Of a DNA stretch of 64,000 nt, positions 1 through 13,326 are shown piece after piece. The notes under the pieces were generated by a model, which ran no database searches, was not told where the DNA came from, and saw nothing but the letters and a program-made list of their open reading frames with translations. The position numbers were made by a program, and so were the translations under genes. This DNA is from Tubulanus polymorphus (Eukaryota > Animalia > Nemertea), in the NCBI RefSeq assembly GCF_964204645.1, contig NC_134030.1, positions 20,916,210 through 20,980,209 of the forward strand. Reading direction: 5' to 3'. The number at the start of each line of letters is the position of its first letter. The stretch's first letter is position 1.

Positions 1-240
1 GACGATCAATTTTTGAAAGTGTGTGCTGATAATATGTCTAATGTCTGGTGCTTGTAGTTCATTTTAAATTAAAATTGTCTCAGGTGAAGCACTGAACACA
101 TGTGAAGTGTGGACGATCAGTTTTTGAAAGTGTGCTGATGAAATGTCTAATATCTAATGTTTGTAGTTCATTTTGAATTAAAAATGTCTCAGTTGAAGCA
201 CTGAACACATTTGAAGTGTGGACGATCAGTTTCTGAAACT
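1..240. repeat. 109-bp satellite family, ~2 diverged units at the window start
   Basis: Same unit as 9749-10996. Confidence 0.9.
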
Positions 241-1509
241 GCAAATAAAATCTCGTGCATTTCCACAGTATTTAATAATAGTGATTAACTTATAGAAGAA
301 CATCTGAACACACCTTATACACCAAGGCTCTTCGTTGAAAAATACAGCAACAGGTGCCACCATACTCATGACGTCATGAGTTGTGACAATTACATATTCT
401 TAGTACAAAATATGTATAGATGGCAATAACTAAAAATAGACCGCCCCAGCCGGAACGGAAGCATCGATATCATTTTCTTGGTCGTTACGTTGAATCTTTT
501 CAAATAACTTCTTAAAACCTAGTAATAATACAAAATAATACAGAATAATACAAAGAATTCTTTTTATATATATAGTACCAGGCATACTGGATGATCTAAG
601 CTACAGTTCACCCCCAAACTTCAAATACGAGGCCCTGTGGTATTCACACGCAGAGAAACGTTATAGCAAGTACCCTGCGAATTTCTGCTTGAACACGATG
701 TGCGTAACTAGATCGAAAATCCTATAACCAGCAACCAATGTCGGGAACGTGTTCTTTAGGTTTTAAACTTATACATTTCACTGAATTCTTGGTTCTGGAC
801 ATGTAACACGCCCAACGGCTACATACAATCCGAATCGCCTACTTTTTGCTCTCAACAGTTGTTTTAAACGATTACTAAGTGATGCATTATTCAGACAGAG
901 AACATGTATGGAATGAGTATGAATTATGTTTTTTTAGTTATCATTTCTATTAGCTCGCAGTATCCGGATATATCATATTGCTGGTACGAATATCTATGGT
1001 CAAAAATGTTACAAGTATAATGCATCATATAAGATGAGGTTATTCATAATTAAAAACGAGCTGATAGCAAATTAGAAATATTCAACGATCACAATTGAAA
1101 ACTTTCATTTTTATCTTATAAAGTTGAATATAGCGAGTTTTATTATCTTTTGCTAATTTTTTCTTATCTTATGAAGGATAGAAAGAATATCGTGCGGCTC
1201 GAATCGTAAATTACCGCGGTGAACTTTTTGGTGCGAAGACAGTAGGTAACGAATGTAATGATATAATATGGTGGCTGATTCGGGCCAAGTTAAGAAAAAA
1301 GAATTCCGCGCAATGTATATATCGCTTCGTTTTTTCGCCGCGCAGGAAAACGAACCTGTGTTTCTCGTTTCTGCGCCCGCCGAAATAAACTTCGTTTAGC
1401 TGCGTCCGGTTGACATCCACGCGTTGACATTCGATGATAGAAGATCTATAAACACGTGTACGGGTATAAACGGGCTGTTGGTGTTCGGTTTTTGAGAATC
1501 GCTAGCCAG

Positions 1510-1672
1510 GGCGAAATTCGGTTTTCGTAGCTAGTCGACTAGTGGTCGAAACTAATAACCGAATGCGCTTAATTTCCGAACTATTTCCGGAATATAGTTC
1601 CGACTAACTGAAATTCGGTTTCATTTAGTTCGACTATAGTCGACTAACTCAGATATCAAACCGAAGTTGGCC
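1510..1672. mobile_element. Small hairpin MITE
   Basis: ggcgaaattcggttt..tagtcgacta...tagtcgacta..aaaccgaagttggcc, flanked by CAG on both sides. Confidence 0.55.
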
Positions 1673-2484
1673 CAGGCTGGGGATTTTGTATGTACTAAAT
1701 TACTGAATGTCTCCGTGAGCTAAGTATTGTCTTTATGTGTGGCCTGGACGATTCTACTGTTTTGATCTTAAAATAGGAATTGACCCTATTATTGATTTGA
1801 TTGGTAAATTCCTCGTCCCTTACAGACCCACCACACCTGCCGGGAGCGAAACAGGGGGTTTAATATTGAAATTGGAAGTACAGATATAGTTGTGTGATCG
1901 GCGGTCGAGTTTACAACAGTTTGTTTAAATCGAAGTACATTATTGGGAAATTTGGTTCCGGGTTATCCAAACAATATTCCATTGGTTAGCCTACCAGTTA
2001 AAGCAGTAAACACGTGCATGTTTTTAATCGATTCTTGTGTATGCAGCCGGGAGGTCGTTCAGATATTCGATTTCGGAGGAGTTTGAACGTATGATTGTGG
2101 TAAAAAATATAGTTCGTGTTGAACGAATATTCGCGGTCAAGTAAGCATGTGTATAAGATCGATAACGGAATCTGTGACTCAGGAAAGTAGCTGAATTTAA
2201 AAAAAAACTTCAATCGGAAAAAACAGAAAGACCAACCACGCAGTGCGGTAGATTTGAAACCTGATTTCCTAAGCCACGAGAGAATGATAAATCTCCGACC
2301 TAGGCACAAAACTAAATATTAGTTTGATTCGTCGAAAAAACTATCGTAAGTTCATACTTGAAACTGAGATAAGGTATGATGATTTTAACAGTGTCCAACT
2401 GTTTCCAAAAATAGTTTTCCATGAATATAGCGGCTGAAGGCGCTCCTAGCGTGTATCCAAAGTTTCTATCGACTGATAAATGTT

Positions 2485-5400
2485 TCAGCGAGTTTTTAAA
2501 ATCCGTTTATTTTTAGCCCGAATTGATTTAACATCGATAGTGAGGATGGTGTAAAGAAGTGGATTCAGTGACGAGTTGATCGGTAGGAAAAGTACCGCCA
2601 ACCAAGCCGCCACTTGGTTCGGTATATCTACTCGGAATACAGCGCAAAACTGAACGATAATTATCGGTAACCAGCAACATAAATTACACAGATTTATCAC
2701 TAAACTCCTACGTGCCAGAATCAATTCGGTTGGATCAGCTCTACCCGAGCCGGACCTGCTTCCAGATACGAATCTATACATCTGTGCATACGTCATCACT
2801 ATTGTAGCAAGTACGACCGAGTTAAACACGGCAAATATAGCGAATGAATATTGCCAGGCGTGGACATTGATTGTTAGTAAATTCATAGGTAGACAAACAC
2901 CAGTTGTGCCGTAAAAGTTATTACCGAAATAAGAAGATGACGATAGTGGTAGCATTGAAATGATGCTTAAAATGATCCAACATATGCAACAAATACTGGA
3001 CACAGAAATCGAAGATATAATTGGGCTTCCAGAAAATGGGTCCACGATATTCGAGTATCTTTGACGGGTAAGCATTAGCAGAAAGGTCAAAGATCCCTCG
3101 CACGAAAGAGTTACTATAATCCCAGCGAGTCGACACGATGAACTATCCGTCCAAACTTCAGAATTTAAGAAGTAAACTCCTTTATAGACGTAATCGGCTC
3201 CAGCGATCAAAAACAAATAAATCGACATCAGAAAATCGCAAGTGGCAATATTAATAATGAGGATATCAGAGGATGTATTACGTGATACAGAGGATGAAAT
3301 TCGAAGTGCTTGAACGCGAATTAAAATGACAATTATGTTCGCAACAAAGCTGAATGAAGCGATCGCCCAAATGATTGCTCTAAGAACAGTGTTACCCATC
3401 AGGTCGGAACAAGAAGAAAATTGGTCGGTTTTCGGGAGACACTGGTCAACATTCGGAATCATGCAACAAAATTTGTACGCGTCAGAAGCTAAAGTACTTA
3501 ATAATGTAAGACTGTAAAAAACGTTTTTTTCTACGGATATGACTTTTGAATTTGTGGTTAGATCCAGACTTTTAAGTTTTGTTAATCCGGCAAATGCGTT
3601 TGGTGAAATATAACTGATTCTGTTATTGCTGACATCTAACGACTCTAAAGCGGATAAACCACTGAACACATTTCCACCAAGTAACGACAAGAAAAGTCCG
3701 TGAAGATCGAGATCGCTTAATGACTTTAAACCTAGAAAACTGCCTTCTTCTAAATATCTAACTGGATTCCCAAAAATAAAGAGAATTTCCAAACTGTTCA
3801 AACCGGCGAATGTATTCGCGGACAATGACATTAAGCGGTTATATGTAAGATCTAATGTGTGTAGATTAACCAGGTTTGAGAACGAGTTTGGAACAATATA
3901 AGACAAATTGTTACGTGAAATATTAAGGAAATGTAAATAGAGGTAAGAAGAAAATGTGGACTCATTGAATACAACTCGGTTTCCTGATAATATCAGAACA
4001 CGAGTTGATGCCGAGAAAAGATCAGTAATTTCTATTAAACCAGCATCATCGCAATCAATTAAATGACCTCGACATTTACAATATTTTGGACACGTGACGT
4101 CACAGTAGGACTCGTCATCAGTGGTGTGTTTACAATTTACAACACCATCGCAAACCTCAGATTGAGGTATACATCGGTTTTCCTGGCCACATTTGAACAT
4201 GCCGGGACACGTCAAAGTCTCGCAGTTTCGCTCATCTTCTGAATTAGGACAATCTGATCGACCATCGCACACTTGTCCCATCGGTATACAGTAAGATGCT
4301 GGACATTTTACAGTGCCAGCTGGACATATGAAATAAGAGCAACCTTGTATATGTTCGAGCCTTCTACATACCGGGTAACCAATCGGCATCCTTTCTAAAA
4401 TGCATCTATGACGTCTAGAATAACAATGAGGAGAATCGAAAGAACATCTTTGTTCATCAGATTCTGTGCAGAGATTTGTAAAGTTAGTCGTACAGTAGTT
4501 ATCATTATTACAGTGAACTGTAGGATTCACCGTAACATTCGATATTAAAAGTTCATCTTCTTCGAGGCTTCCGCTACAATCTACAACACCATCCCGATAC
4601 AATAGAGAACTGATACATTCACCATTGTTACACAGAAACCCGTTGCATATTTGCGGACCGCACTCCCGCTCGTCGGAGCCGTCCTTACAGTTAACGATTC
4701 CATCACATCGGTACGATCTATCCACACATTGACCACTAGTACAACGGTATTGTTGCGGCGAACACAGTGGGTGAAAACACGATTTCTCATCCGAGCCATC
4801 GACACAATCCTCTTCAAAGTCACACAAACCACTTATTGATATAACCTTACCATCTAAACAGTGGAACTGACTCTGTAATTTTGAACCCGAACAATCGAGT
4901 TCATCTTCACCGCGTTGACAGTCGTTTCTCGTGTCACATACGCGATGGTCGCTGATACATCTTTGATCGTTACATTTAAATTGCCATGATTTACAACCGC
5001 TTATAGAAGCCAACTCTTCACCAGTTACATTATAGGAACATAGCACGGAATGAACGTTGTTTGTCTGATTATTCCACGGTTTTATTGACCATCTCAACGA
5101 CTCGATAAAAGTGATTTCATCCCGTGTCAAAACTGGTTCGATCACTCGAAACATTTTCTTAGCATCCATTGTCAGTATAGCGCCATATTGGTGTTTAAAA
5201 CTGAACTCGTCAATTAATGCTTTTATTTCATTTTCCCTGTGCCTAGTTACAATACCTATTTCAGCGTGAAGGTCACGACACAATTTCGTAGCGCTAAGAA
5301 TATCTAAATCTCGATTGTTGTTCCAATCTGTGAACAATTGACAACATTTACCTTCGACATTTTGCCAACCTTTTTCACAGGTCGAGTTGTTGGTTGTATT

Positions 5401-8400
5401 GGGATTTTGAATACTTTCATTACCAGTGAGAAATACGATATCGTTATGAGTATCGGTTATTTCTATGATGCTCGTTGTATTTGTCGAATTATCCGCGCGT
5501 TCTGAATCGATATCAATCCTATCCGATTCACAAATAAAAGTTGTTCGAGTCTCCTCGATTTGACACGGGAATCGAACCCAGTTCGCTGATCCTCGTGGAT
5601 TATTCAGTATCATCGCCGTACACGGCATATTGACGTCATTTATCGGTTGTTTTCGTAGAGGAGATATCAATCCTTGAATAACTTCTGGTATCGTTTCGTT
5701 TATCATAGCAGGTTTAAACCACTCTGTGTAGCTCAATGGTTTCCCATCAGTCCACGTGTAGAGACCATCATTGTCATTCATTGGCTGCAAAAACGGTTTT
5801 TAAGCATTTTCTACTTTAACCATTGTTTAGACTCGAATATTTTCAGTGCATATTTCACATGTTTTTCAAAATTCAGCTTAAAGAATGAGTATGCTTATAA
5901 AAATCGTCAATTTTCGACCATCATTATATTCACTATACTTTTTATGAATTAAGTTTTATCTTTAATTGACATCTAGAATAAAGAATATTAACCCTTTTAG
6001 TGCTGACTAATTAATACCCTATAGTGCTGGAGAAAATTTGAAAATTTTTAAAAATTCCACCTAAGTGCTTTGCATAACGAGAATACCACTATAGTGCGTC
6101 TACACCGCAGCGCGGTATATCGTTAGTTATTAGTATTTCACTATGTTTAACAGGTGCTGCTATTTTTCAAGAGATAATTACTAATTACGTTAATACACTG
6201 CACTGCGGTGTAGACGCACTAAAAGGGTAAACATTCATCAAATTTTACGATTTACATGAATTGGGAGTCTAGTGATTCGAGGAAAATCTAACTTTCTTAT
6301 CTCATTTAGTCGAGTGTAAGTTACCTTGAATTTTAGCCCGATCATCATTATAAGCGCCTCCTGGGTATATCCCTTTCTAAGCAGTTTCGTGGCGAATAAT
6401 CTTTTGACAGAAATCATTTCATCTTGTGAGTTGATACTGAGAAGATGTCCTCCGTATTTCTGTTGACAGTACATTTCAGCGTTCTCCCAATTCAGACGAT
6501 CATCTCTGATGTATTTGACGCAGGAAATTCCCGAATCTAGAAATCCTGATTTACAGCCGATTTTATCAAACTGTTTTATTGGTAACGACTTTTCTAAATT
6601 GTATTGTATTTGAAATGTGGGAACGCGATGCTTTATCTCGAAATACAATTCATTGTCCCATAAACTATAAAATACACTTCCACGTTTAGCAATAGTTCCG
6701 CATATTTTAGTTTGATGTTCAGTGTCGCTTCCTGAAATAACTACTCCATTATCGTAAAGGTCACGTATCTGTTGTTTGAATAGAATTGGGTCTCTGTCTG
6801 ATACAGATAATTTACTGCACGGTAAAGTCTGAATAAATTTGATTATAAATCTGTAATATTGAATTCGATCATTTTCAATCGGATTTTCAAAACTATAATA
6901 AGATGATTTCGAAGTATATCCCGCCGATCCGGGATAGTTCGGTGATTGTACGATTCCACATTCATCCCTATCCGGGAAATATGAAATACCGCGAAATTGT
7001 GTAGGTTTTTTCGCTCCTTGACATTTACGACGTAGTTTAACTATCAATCTATCATTCCAGAATTGATATTTGTTGAACAATTTCAAAGTGTTTAATACAA
7101 GACTGTTATTGAGCAACTGATTTGATAAACTCATTTGCCTGTCACAAGTTCTCGAGTATCGCGCAGGAAAACATGCGTCAATTTTATATTCATATTCTGA
7201 TAATATATAAATATTTTGTAAAGGAAGGCGCCGGTTTTCAGGTGTAATCACCAGACAGTGTGACGTCATGTTGATCTGATTTTCTCCTTCCCGTAAAACA
7301 TACCCGTAACAATCAGCAGGACTGAATCTAAGATACCCAGAGTTTGGTACATCACTATAAGCGTATCCTACTACAGTAACCGGTCCTCCTGATGTAATCA
7401 GACTGACGACGTGACGACCGTATTCATAACCAGGACAATACGGACCATAGCGTCTAGCTGTAAAATTACCACCACCATATATATAAAATCCAGCTCTCTC
7501 GCACGTCTCTGATAAAACTGTTAGTTTCAATCCATCCTCATAGATATCAACTTTCCGTTTAAATTCTAATGTATTTATGCCATACGTTAATGCTGTCATC
7601 TTTGATGTCGGGAATAGTTTGCTCGGAATCAAACTTGCACTGGAGCCAAATATCTACAAAATATGAATATTGATCATTAATCGAATAATTTACATTGTTT
7701 TGTTAGATAAATTGTTTTACATTTTTCCTTAAATCATACACTTTATGTATTTATCCGACAAAATAATTGACGAATTTTCCTTGTTCTTAATTACACTTTT
7801 GAATACATTAAAGGGATGTTCCGTATCTTATATTTTCGCACAAGAAATTTAAAGGTTGTACAAAAAAGTTATATTTTAAAGAATTATTTAAACATCAGTT
7901 CTTGCACCAATATTCATGTTTAACAAAAATTCATATTTCTCATTTTAACAATATCAATTTAATTTTGTAAAACAAAAGCTGAGAAATAATTTTACTACAT
8001 CTGTGGACTTGCACGCCTTCTATTGAAAGAGAAATCTTTAAACTCATTTTTATTTCTATGGTCCATTTTTACGTATAATTTAGCTGAAGCTGAGTAGTTA
8101 TTTTACTTACCCTTCGTTTGTGAACTTGTACGTCTCCTGTGGATAAAGATTTCACTTCAAATTCTATCCTTACATTCGATTGTAAAACACCTGGTCTTAT
8201 TAAAACGCACAGTATGACGAGAAAACCGTCAGATTTAACACTCAGTGATTCCAGGTAGTTGTAACCGAGTAAAATATCAGTTCCTACAACGCGTAACCCT
8301 TCTAGTTTGTATACACCGATGACGTCACCGGATGTGCTGAGATCACGTGTCCAGTTGAAGACGATGTTCTGTAACACCTGCACTGTGATAGACCAGCAGT

Positions 8401-9298
8401 GTAAGTGTTTTGATCGAGTTATTATGTGTAAACTGTTGTCATCGGGGATGAGCACTCCAGACTCGTTATTAGAGATTTTATTTAACGGATAAGAGACGTT
8501 CCAATCAGATATTCTATACACCTGAACTGATAGTTGTGATTTAAAGGACAATTGATGTGTATCAATAATGGCTTTGCTAGTTTTAGTATAAAATGATGAA
8601 GGTGGATGTCCGGTTTGTTCTGGTATAACAGCTGTAGGTTCACTGGTGTTCCATCCGTCGTAAATTTGAACAGTTGTCACTGAATGAGCGCCAGGAGATA
8701 ATCTGAAATCTATTTGTGTAAACGTCAAATTCATAGCAAAACCATCCGGGATCCCGATCCATTCCAAATACAATTTACATCGCTTTAAAGATATTACGAA
8801 TTTGTATCCTATCGATGTTTGTAATTTGTTTATACTGTACAAAGCTTTCATGCAGTTATGAATCAATTTCACATCGTTTCGTTCTAAACGATATATGATA
8901 TAAACCCGACTACCCCGTCCACCATCGACGTTACTTCTAAACATCAACGAGATCGAATCGTTACGGCGGATTTCATGTTTTCCTTCACCGCAAAATCTGT
9001 TATCGGACTCACCGACGAGAAGGTAGTTAACACTACAGAATATCGACGGCTCGATGTCGTAGTATAGTTCGATGTTGAAAGTTCCCGGTAAAGAGCTGTT
9101 GACGAACCAACGACATTCAACACCGCGCGTTAACGACGGGTAATTCGGTGAAACGATGTAACCGGACGTAGAATCGACGGGGTACCAAGTGTTGTTACAA
9201 GACGAACTGACCGTCACAGAGTCAGACAGATCAGCGTGTGCGATGTTAACTCGCCAGACGATCAGCGACGCTATAAACAGCGCTCTCAGTCGATCCAT
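2485..9298 (-). CDS. GRL101-like LDLa-LRR GPCR with N-terminal CUB-like and C-type lectin domains, copy A (3 exons, ~1938 aa)
   Basis: Exons 9298-8111, 7653-6325, 5784-2485; both introns are phase 0 GT-AG (AGG|GTAAGT, tttgtag|ATA, AAG|GTAACT, ttgcag|CCA). Features: signal peptide MDRLRALFIASLIVWRVNIAHA; CUB motifs (GYIVSPNYP..C.W, CGIVQSPNYP); C-type lectin motif (LNWENAEMYCQQKYGGHLLSINS...IGL | WTDG) split by intron 2; ~6-7 LDLa modules (C..DC.DGSDE); LRRNT and LRRs; LGR-type hinge (YKFCC...DQFSSCSDLM); 7TM with CWLP and NPLLY. An in-frame ATG at 9310 is an alternative start. Confidence 0.88.
5992..6227. mobile_element. piggyBac-type MITE in intron 2 of receptor A
   Basis: TTAA|CCCTTTTAGTGC...GCACTAAAAGGG|TAAA; same family as 38099-38579. 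Confidence 0.75.
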
Positions 9299-9571
9299 AC
9301 CGAACAGCATCAACACGACAGAATGAATCGAATCTTTCAAATTGACGTTCAGATTACTTCACATCGAATAGCCGGCGGAAACAGATTACAGTTCGTCCAA
9401 TCAGATAATTCGCTGAGAATTCTTTGAAATAGATATTATTCGTCGTTGCTGCAATTATTTTGAAACCGATTCTAATCAAGCGTTCTGATTTTTTTTCGCT
9501 GAGTGATCAGGTTCCAATTAATAACGAATATTCTATATATCTAGATTTCGTGTAGCTACCTACTACCTCAC

Positions 9572-9736
<165 letters not shown>

Positions 9737-9748
9737 TCACTAATATAC

Positions 9749-10991
9749 GTGAAGTGTGGATGATCAGTTTTTGAAAGTGTTCTGATAAAATGTCTAATAT
9801 CTGGTGTTTGTAGTTCATTTTCAATTAGAAATGTCTCAGGTGAAGCACTGAACACATGTGAAGTGTGGATGATCAGTTTTTGAAAGTGTTCTGATAAAAT
9901 GTCTAATATCTGGTGTTTGTAGTTCATTTTCAATTAGAAATGTCTCAGGTGAAGCACTGAACACATGTGAAGTGTGGATGATCAGTTTTTGAAAGTGTTC
10001 TGATAAAATGTCTAATATCTGGTGTTTGTAGTTCATTTTCAATTAAATAATGTCTCAGGTGAAACAATGAACCCATGTGAAGTGTGGATGATCAGTTTTT
10101 GAAAGTGTTCTGATAAAATGTCTAATATCTGGTGTTTGTAGTTCATTTTCAATTAGAAATATATCAGGTGAAGCACTGAACACATGTGAAGTGTGGATGA
10201 TCAGTTTTTGAAAGTGTTCTGATAAAATGTCTAATATCTGGTGTTTGTAGTTCATTCTTAATTAAATAATGTCTCAGGTGAAACAATGAACACATGTGAA
10301 GTGTGGATGATCAGTTTTTGAAAGTGTTCTGATAAAATGTCTAATATCTGGTGTTTGTAGTTCATTCTTAATTAAATAATGTCTCAGGTGAAACAATGAA
10401 CACATGTGAAGTGTGGATGATCAGTTTTTGAAAGTGTTCTGATAAAATGTCTAATATCTGGTGTTTGTAGTTCATTTTCAATTAGAAATGTCTCAGGTGA
10501 AGCACTGAACACATGTGAAGTGTGGATGATCAGTTTTTGAAAGTGTTCTGATAAAATGTCTAATATCTGGTGTTTGTAGTTCATTTTCAATTAGAAATGT
10601 CTCAGGTGAAGCACTGAACACATGTGAAGTGTGGATGATCAGTTTATGAAAGTGTTCTGATAAAATGTCTAATATCTGGTGTTTGTAGTTCATTTTCAAT
10701 TAAATAATGTCTCAGGTGAAACAATGAACCCATGTGAAGTGTGGATGATCAGTTTTTGAAAGTGTTCTGATAAAATGTCTAATATCTGGTGTTTGTAGTT
10801 CATTTTCAATTAGAAATATCTCAGGTGAAGCACTGAACACATGTGAAGTGTGGATGGTCAGTTTTTGAAAGTGTTCTGATAAAATGTCTAATATCTGGTG
10901 TTTGTAGTTCATTTTCAATTAGAAATGTCTCAGGTGAAGCACTGAACACATGTGAAGTGTGGATGATCGTTTTTGAAAGTTTTCTGATAAA

Positions 10992-11055
<64 letters not shown>

Positions 11056-11294
11056 TTTATCAGAAAACTTTCAAAAACGATCATCCACACTTCACATGTG
11101 TTCAGTGCTTCACCTGAGACATTTCTAATTGAAAATGAACTACAAACACCAGATATTAGACATTTTATCAGAACACTTTCAAAAACTGACCATCCACACT
11201 TCACATGTGTTCAGTGCTTCACCTGAGATATTTCTAATTGAAAATGAACTACAAACACCAGATATTAGACATTTTATCAGAACACTTTCAAAAA

Positions 11295-11295
<1 letters not shown>
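9749..11295. repeat. 109-110 bp satellite array (~11.5 units), followed by ~2 inverted units after a (TA)n tract
   Basis: Unit gtgaagtgtggatgatcagtttttgaaagtgttctgataaaatgtctaatatctggtgtttgtagttcattttcaattagaaatgtctcaggtgaagcactgaacacat; inverted copy at 11051-11295. Confidence 0.95.
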
Positions 11296-11662
<367 letters not shown>

Positions 11663-12261
11663 GCCAGTATTGAAGTATCAGACAACCTGCGTGGATATGT
11701 ACATACATGAACATAAATAGAAATTATATAAATGAACAAGTGTGGAACTGACGTATGTATCTACGTAGGCAAACCTAATATGGTGCGGCCATGGACTCCG
11801 TTGAAGGCAAAAGTATATTTTTAGAAAATTGTGACGTGTGTAGACACGTCATTGCCCATACATGGATGGGAGGAATGTTGTGACGTATGAATACGCCACA
11901 ATCCTTGAATTCCAAGCCATGTGTGGAAGAGGGTCTGCACACGGTACTAAAGATAAAATAATATAAAAGGGTTTAAGAAAGCTTTAGAGGGAGGCTGGAG
12001 AGGGAGAGAGGGATAGCAGATAATGATCTGTATACATCTAGTAAAAAGAAATAAACGAAAGATAACTTTAGCCATTGTTAAGTTATTTCTGTAGCAGTGT
12101 AGAAGTCAAGACCAAGGACGGAGATCTGATCTGAGAGAGTGTCCTCGCAACATCATCTAGAGGGATTATTACCACGACGCTAGTTGGACAACTCAATCCG
12201 GATTCACAGCACTGGAAGATACGGACCACAACATAGGTGAAAAAACCATCACCACAACATT

Positions 12262-12385
12262 TGCAGTTCATTTTCAATTAAAAAAGTCTCAGGTGAAGTT
12301 CTAAACACATGTGAACAGTGGACGATCAGTTTTTGAAAGTGTGCTGAAAGTTGTCTAATGTGTTGCGTTTGAAGTTCCTTTTAGA
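12262..12385. repeat. 109-bp satellite family, single diverged unit
   Basis: gttcattttcaattaaaaaagtctcaggtgaag...gacgatcagtttttgaaagtgtgctga. Confidence 0.8.
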
Positions 12386-13326
12386 TATATTTCTTCACTG
12401 CTTTGTAGCGAAATATTTCGGTGTTAAATATCTGAACAGACCCTAAGTATCCCATAAAGGTCATTTATGTACGTAAACTCTGGGTCGTTGGACATCACTC
12501 GTAGCGAAAGCCCGTGCGTCAAATAAATAGTTCTTCTCATTATGTCTAGTTGTCTCTTCATCTTCTTTTCTCCTTTCTCTACAATTTTTTCGCAATTCAC
12601 GCGTACATCTTTTACATATTAAACCTTCAATTGTTCCTTTTCTTCTATAAAATTCTGAATAAATTTCTAATTCACCACAACCTACACATCTTTTCATATA
12701 AAAAATTTTATCTGTACGATAGTTTACACTTAACATTTTTATCTCTTTCCTTGTTGTTATAAAAGTAATTAATTATCTTTAATCTTCTACAAAAATGGCA
12801 GAATCAATCACGATTTTCAAGTGCATTATCATTCATTATTTATATAGAAAAAAAGTACCCAATATATTTTACCTTCACCAAGAACCTTAGTGTCTGATGT
12901 AACACAAAAGTCACGCGAATTTGAATGAACGTGTCCGGGTGGGTGGTTACACTAGGATCATTAGACCAACGTAGATACACTGTGGAGACAGCCACTGCCA
13001 CGGCTGGGTAATATTTTACGCAACATTTTTTACCCAAAAACCTATCTACCTCATGCCTCGTGCCCCTGGTTTAAACCCCCCAATTTTCCCTTACTCACTA
13101 GCCATATTCATGGCGTTTGTTGAGCATCAGTAAGATTCCGAATCAGTATCCGTAATCATTGGGTTCGAGCACGGGACAGCTCATCTAAATAACATCAGGA
13201 CCACTCTGAATCAGTAATTACGCGATCTTGTATTTCCTTTTTAAATATATTATCGTACATTGCTTTATAAAATAAACAGCGTTTTTGACATAAGTAATTT
13301 TTACAATGAGCGAAAAGTAACGTCTC

